From Nitrospirota bacterium (lineage in GTDB: Bacteria > Nitrospirota > Nitrospiria > Nitrospirales > Nitrospiraceae), in assembly GCA_963729585.1 (NCBI GenBank), contig CAVSOJ010000017.1, positions 4 to 64,003 on the forward strand: a stretch of DNA of 64,000 nucleotides. The letters run 5' to 3'. Position 1 is the stretch's first letter. The number at the start of each line of letters is the position of its first letter. The notes under the pieces were generated by a model. The model had not been told where the DNA came from and did not search any database. It saw nothing but the letters and a program-made list of their open reading frames with translations. The translations under genes were made by a program, and so were the position numbers. Below are positions 60,192 to 64,000 of the stretch, piece after piece.

Positions 60192-61735
60192 CTAATGACC
60201 CAATTTCTGGCCAGAGAGATCTCGTACAACAGCAACGTACCGATCATCGGACATCTTCGTTGCACTGATTTCGACCGAGATGACAGTCCCATCTTTTCGC
60301 TGTAACAATCGGTTAAAACGCAAGGGCTTGTCATAGCGAACTTGTTCGAGGCGTTGCTGAGCAAGGGGTTTTTCTTCAGGAGTATAGGTGTCCTTCACAT
60401 GAAGTTGGAGCAACTCTTCTCTCGTGTACCCAAACATTTCACAGACCCTCGAATTCGCCATCCTGAAGTATCCAGCCAGATCTAACACCACAACGCCGTC
60501 CGAAGCCTCCTCCATCAAGAGTCGATACTGACGTTCACTTTCTTGCAGCGCCGCTTCCGCTCGCTTGCGCTCGGTAATATCTTGAGCAAAAACCAGGACT
60601 CCGATCACGTTCCCCTGGTGATCACGGTAGGGCACCTTGTCCGTCTGTATCCAGCGTTTCTCACCAGATGCCGGTTGGTATAGTTCGACAATGCCGAGTT
60701 TGGGCATGCCCGAAGCGATGACCTGCTGGTCATCCTGGTAATATTGTTCCGCTTCCTCCGGGTAGAGGTCAGAGGTGGACTGGCCTTCCACTTCTGCCAC
60801 AGTCTTGTTGATGGATTCAGCCGCGGGTCGGTTCGCTCGTAGGATGCGATTGTGGGTATCCTTGTACCAGACCATGGCCGGAATGAGGTCCAACAGGACC
60901 TGTTGCTCGATCTGCTGCTGCAGAAGCTTCCCTTCAGCCTTCTTTCGCAGAGTGATGTCGCGGACAATGCCACAGCTAAACATCTGCCCTCCGAATTTCC
61001 ATGTGCCGAGCGACACCTCAATGGGAAATTCGCTCCGTCTTTTCTTAAGCCATAAAATTCGATCGTTCTACCAGTCAAGGGTGATAGGCCAGTGGCTTTG
61101 GCACTCTCAAGCCTACGCTGATGGTCCTCCCGGTACCGAGTCGGCATGATTATGGTCAACGGCTGTCCTAGAATCTCTCCCTCTGTATGGCCAAAGAGCC
61201 GTTCGGCAGCAGTATTCCATGAGACAATCTTCCCGTCGCCATCAGCGAGCACAATCCCGTCCGGTGCAGTCTGGACAACATGGCGAAACTGCGCTTCACT
61301 CCCACTCAAGGCGTGCTCGACACGATTCATCTTGAGCACCAATCTCCGTACCTCAACGGCTTGACGGAGAATGATTCTGAGCTCATCCTTGTTGTGGGGC
61401 TTAGTGATGTAGGCAAAGGCGCCCCGGCGGAGGGCCTCCACCGTGTGGCTGTCTTGTGTGGATGCGGTGAGGACAATGACTGGTAGGAGGGGGTCGAATT
61501 CCTCCAACCCACGAAGGACCGCGAACCCGCTCAGATCCGGCAACCCCAGATCCAGGATCACTGCCCCAAACTGGTGCTGTTCGGCTTCGCGCAGTGCCTC
61601 CCGTCCCGTCATCACACTGCGAACCGTATACCCTTCATGTCGAAGGAGATCTTCGAGAACCAGACAGATATCTGGTTCATCATCCACAATGAGCACGGAC
61701 GTAAGATGTGACGGGAGTTGTTCGACGCTCATCAT
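60192..61735 (-). CDS. response regulator with three PAS domains, no output domain (frameshifted as assembled)
   Basis: VLIVDDEPD..ILDLGLPDLSG receiver. PAS repeats (..IVSWNTAAERLFG.., ..ILRANRPAAESI.., ..FRMANSRVCEMFG..). ORFs 60605..61735 and 60192..61016 join at 61040..61046. Confidence 0.85.
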
Positions 61736-61819
61736 CTCACCGAAACTGGGTTAAACTTGGAGCCATTTTGATGAGTAGCCCCCTTTGGAAAACAACCCGT
61801 GGCAGCCCTCGTCGAATCA

Positions 61820-61977
61820 TTTGTTTTTGAACCGGCGGAAGGATATGCGAAAACTCTAGGAAAATCGACTTTTCGGCTCTTGACCATGAGAGAGGTTTTT
61901 GAACACTGTGCACAGAACGACTAGGACAATGGAAGGTGTTCAATGCCGCGCGCGTGAATCTTGCCCGATCGACGGGG
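61820..61977 (+). repeat. ~159-bp dispersed repeat, copy B
   Basis: See 42778..42936. Lies upstream of the minus-strand REC-PAS gene. Confidence 0.85.
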
Positions 61978-62050
61978 CGTTCCAGTCCCTCGATAGCCGG
62001 TCTTGATCGTGAAATGGCGAGGTATGTTCAATCAGGTTCCTGGCCACTCA

Positions 62051-62326
62051 CTATTTGCATGTAATGGCCAAATATTCTTCCGGCGAAGGGATACCGCCTT
62101 TCTCTGTCACCACGAGCGTCGAAGACGCAGCGTCGATCGTGTCGTAACCATTCGGACACAATTCCGCGGCTTTTCTCTGACATTGATCGAGCGACCGTCC
62201 CAAGCCGCTACATTCCATCGAATAGGCTGGTTTCCCGTGTGGTCCCTCAAACGGTTTAGGCTCGACAGAGAGGCAAGAGGCAAGGGACAGCAGCAGGGCA
62301 ACCAGATAGAGTCTTTGCACGCTCAT
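62051..62326 (-). CDS. small Cys-rich lipoprotein
   Basis: Met 62326. Lipobox LSLASC. Four further Cys residues. Confidence 0.5.
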   Translation of the reverse strand: MSVQRLYLVALLLSLASCLSVEPKPFEGPHGKPAYSMECSGLGRSLDQCQRKAAELCPNGYDTIDAASSTLVVTEKGGIPSPEEYLAITCK

Positions 62327-62533
62327 CGTCCTTTCATCTTCTGGCAGCTCACTTGCCCGCATGGTAGACCATGTCTCTATCTCTCTGGACGGGTGCCGGG
62401 TCGTATTTGTCCATGACCCATATGACACCATGTACGGAAAAGATCAACTCAATAGGATCACTGTCAAGGCCATAAATCTCTGCCAGGAGGATCGCCATGC
62501 CCGTCAGCACGAGTCTCAGCGAGTGAAGCGAGC

Positions 62534-62818
62534 TTGCACTCGTTGCATGCGATACGTCGTATTTTACGAGTGGGAATCCAGTTTCCGGGGGAAGCCCGCT
62601 TGCACCGCTTGATGAAGCGGACCCCACCATTAGTGCATAAGATCTACGAACCGAATCATCACGGGGATCCGGCCTTCCAACTGGCTGCGGCCAACGGCGT
62701 CAGGGCGCACCATTGGGAATTTGGCAACATGCCGAAGATCGAAGGCGTTACCCCCGAGGATGTCGATCAGATCGTGAAATATGTTCGGTGGTTACAACGC
62801 CAGGCGGGAATTCAATAG
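62534..62818 (+). pseudogene. cytochrome c paralogue remnant lacking the heme-binding site
   Basis: The C-terminal 62 codons are near-identical to 38530..38715. Upstream DNA is still alignable but diverged, with a 16-nt deletion, and CAACH is replaced by ARLHR. Confidence 0.7.
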
Positions 62819-62821
62819 GTC
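62633..62821 (+). repeat. 189-bp direct repeat, copy 2
   Basis: See 38530..38718. Confidence 0.9.
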
Positions 62822-62869
62822 TGTAAGCTCCCTTGTCAACGAGACACTCTCAAAGGAGAATTTCTGACT

Positions 62870-64000
62870 TCAAGTTGGGGGTTGGTCGCACAGACCTTGC
62901 AATAGTCTTTTAAATTGAACACGTGTAATATTCAGTTGTCTATCGGCTGCTTTCTTTTGATTGTTCTCAAGTACTTTCTCAATTCCTTTCATTATTTCTG
63001 CAAATCGCTTTTCTAGATCAGCAGGGCCATACTTATGAAACACATTAATTCCTTCCTCCAATGCTAGCTTCAACTGGAGCAAGTTGGTTTGCATTTCGAT
63101 TCGACGATCGACAAGTTCCATATAAGTGAGTACCAACCGGTCTTGAGAGCTACTATATTTTGGCCACAGCCCAAGTTGTTTGTAATAAGCTGTTGCAATT
63201 TTCTGAAGAGCTATAGATTTCTGCATATTCTCTGCGTAACCACCTCCTTTATGGGCTGCCTCAAAATAACATTGAGCCATATGAATCTGCACGTCCGCAT
63301 ATTTTTCAGTATCTTTGTAGCTTTGGTAGATGGAGGCGACTTCATCCCATGCCTGAATGCATTTGAACAGATTGCTTTTTACATCTATTCCTAGCCCGAC
63401 GCGCATCGCATAAGTCCTCCCTAAACCATTCTGTGCCGCAATATATGGACTCCAAGGAGAACGATTCTTATTTGCTTTAGAAGCTTCCAGGAAGTGGTTT
63501 TCTGCTGACAGAAGGTCGGTACTGGATGGAGCTCCCTTGTTCAGATACAAATATCCGAGATTCGCATGGGTCCCAGAATATCTTCCATCACGGTCTTTAT
63601 CTTTAACTGCATCCAACTGGTCTTCAATAGCTTTTATCCCACGCTCAATATTCTGTTCTTTGTCCACTCCTCTGACTGCGAGATGCAAATAGGTCGCTCC
63701 TAAATTCCCTTGGGCTGACCAATACATTTCCTTATTGCCGTCCTTTAACCACAGCTTAGATGCTTCAATGAATAACTTTTTTGCCTCATCGGTGGTGGAA
63801 GTGTCTCCGGTGGCATTCATCAACAGGGATGTCACACCGAGCACATTCAAAACAAATGGGTAACCGCTGTCCTTCTCAGATGACTCGTACGATTTACGCG
63901 CAATCAGAAAATGACTCTTAGCTCTTGGTAGGGATTCTTGGGGGCCTTTCGACCAGGAAATATAGTAGTGTGAGAAGCCAGCGAAGATGCGAACGTCGCG
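62870..64000 (-). CDS. TPR/Sel1-like helical-repeat protein, 5' end outside the window
   Basis: The listed start is a TTG. The frame stays open to position 64000 (..HYYISWSKGPQESLPRAKSHFLIARKSYESSEKD..). Repeated G.Y...A...Y-type helices. Clearly AT-richer than the rest of the window. Confidence 0.6.
   Translation of the reverse strand, partial: RDVRIFAGFSHYYISWSKGPQESLPRAKSHFLIARKSYESSEKDSGYPFVLNVLGVTSLLMNATGDTSTTDEAKKLFIEASKLWLKDGNKEMYWSAQGNLGATYLHLAVRGVDKEQNIERGIKAIEDQLDAVKDKDRDGRYSGTHANLGYLYLNKGAPSSTDLLSAENHFLEASKANKNRSPWSPYIAAQNGLGRTYAMRVGLGIDVKSNLFKCIQAWDEVASIYQSYKDTEKYADVQIHMAQCYFEAAHKGGGYAENMQKSIALQKIATAYYKQLGLWPKYSSSQDRLVLTYMELVDRRIEMQTNLLQLKLALEEGINVFHKYGPADLEKRFAEIMKGIEKVLENNQKKAADRQLNITRVQFKRLLQGLCDQPPT

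Overview
64-kb chromosomal window at roughly 55% GC from a Gram-negative-type bacterium. The PilZ paralogues and lipoprotein style are reminiscent of Nitrospira-like genomes, but this is unverified. All calls come from reading the six-frame track and the DNA; no searches were run.

(1) 0.8-11.8 kb is a mosaic of decayed accessory DNA. It holds an internally deleted large serine recombinase, an XRE fragment, PilZ paralogue copies sharing an upstream junction, and four thermonuclease (SNase) fragments. The SNase fragments bracket intact genes twice: a BASS transporter and an S1/P1 nuclease.

(2) 12-38.7 kb is mostly intact envelope, signalling and housekeeping genes. These include an FN3-repeat protein, SPFH protein, lipoproteins, a REC / REC-GGDEF / hybrid kinase / Hpt operon next to a PilZ gene, MFS transporter, glutathione peroxidase, HtpX, cupredoxin, squalene-synthase-like protein, a ferredoxin operon, Ald, tRNA-Pro(CGG), AcyP, an RpoS-like sigma factor, Apt, DksA, QueC and a cytochrome c.

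(3) 38.7-62.8 kb is a candidate ~24-kb accessory segment. It is bracketed by a 189-bp direct repeat (96% identity) of the cytochrome c 3' end. It carries an EEP-family lipoprotein, PEBP, an avidin-like protein, a SulP / beta-carbonic-anhydrase pair and a REC-PAS3 regulator.

The most interesting item lies in this segment: a tightly packed 13.4-kb, 11-gene minus-strand cluster (46.1-59.5 kb). It combines five ATP-dependent amide-bond-forming enzymes from four superfamilies with two Fem/GNAT-fold transferases, two methyltransferases, an SGNH protein and a GNAT. It has no NRPS, PKS, glycosyltransferase, carrier protein or transporter.

Seven genes in or next to that cluster are interrupted by short indels, eight of ten in mononucleotide runs, whereas 12-46 kb is essentially clean. 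This is either an assembly artefact or real decay.

(4) The right end is an AT-rich TPR-like gene that runs off the window.
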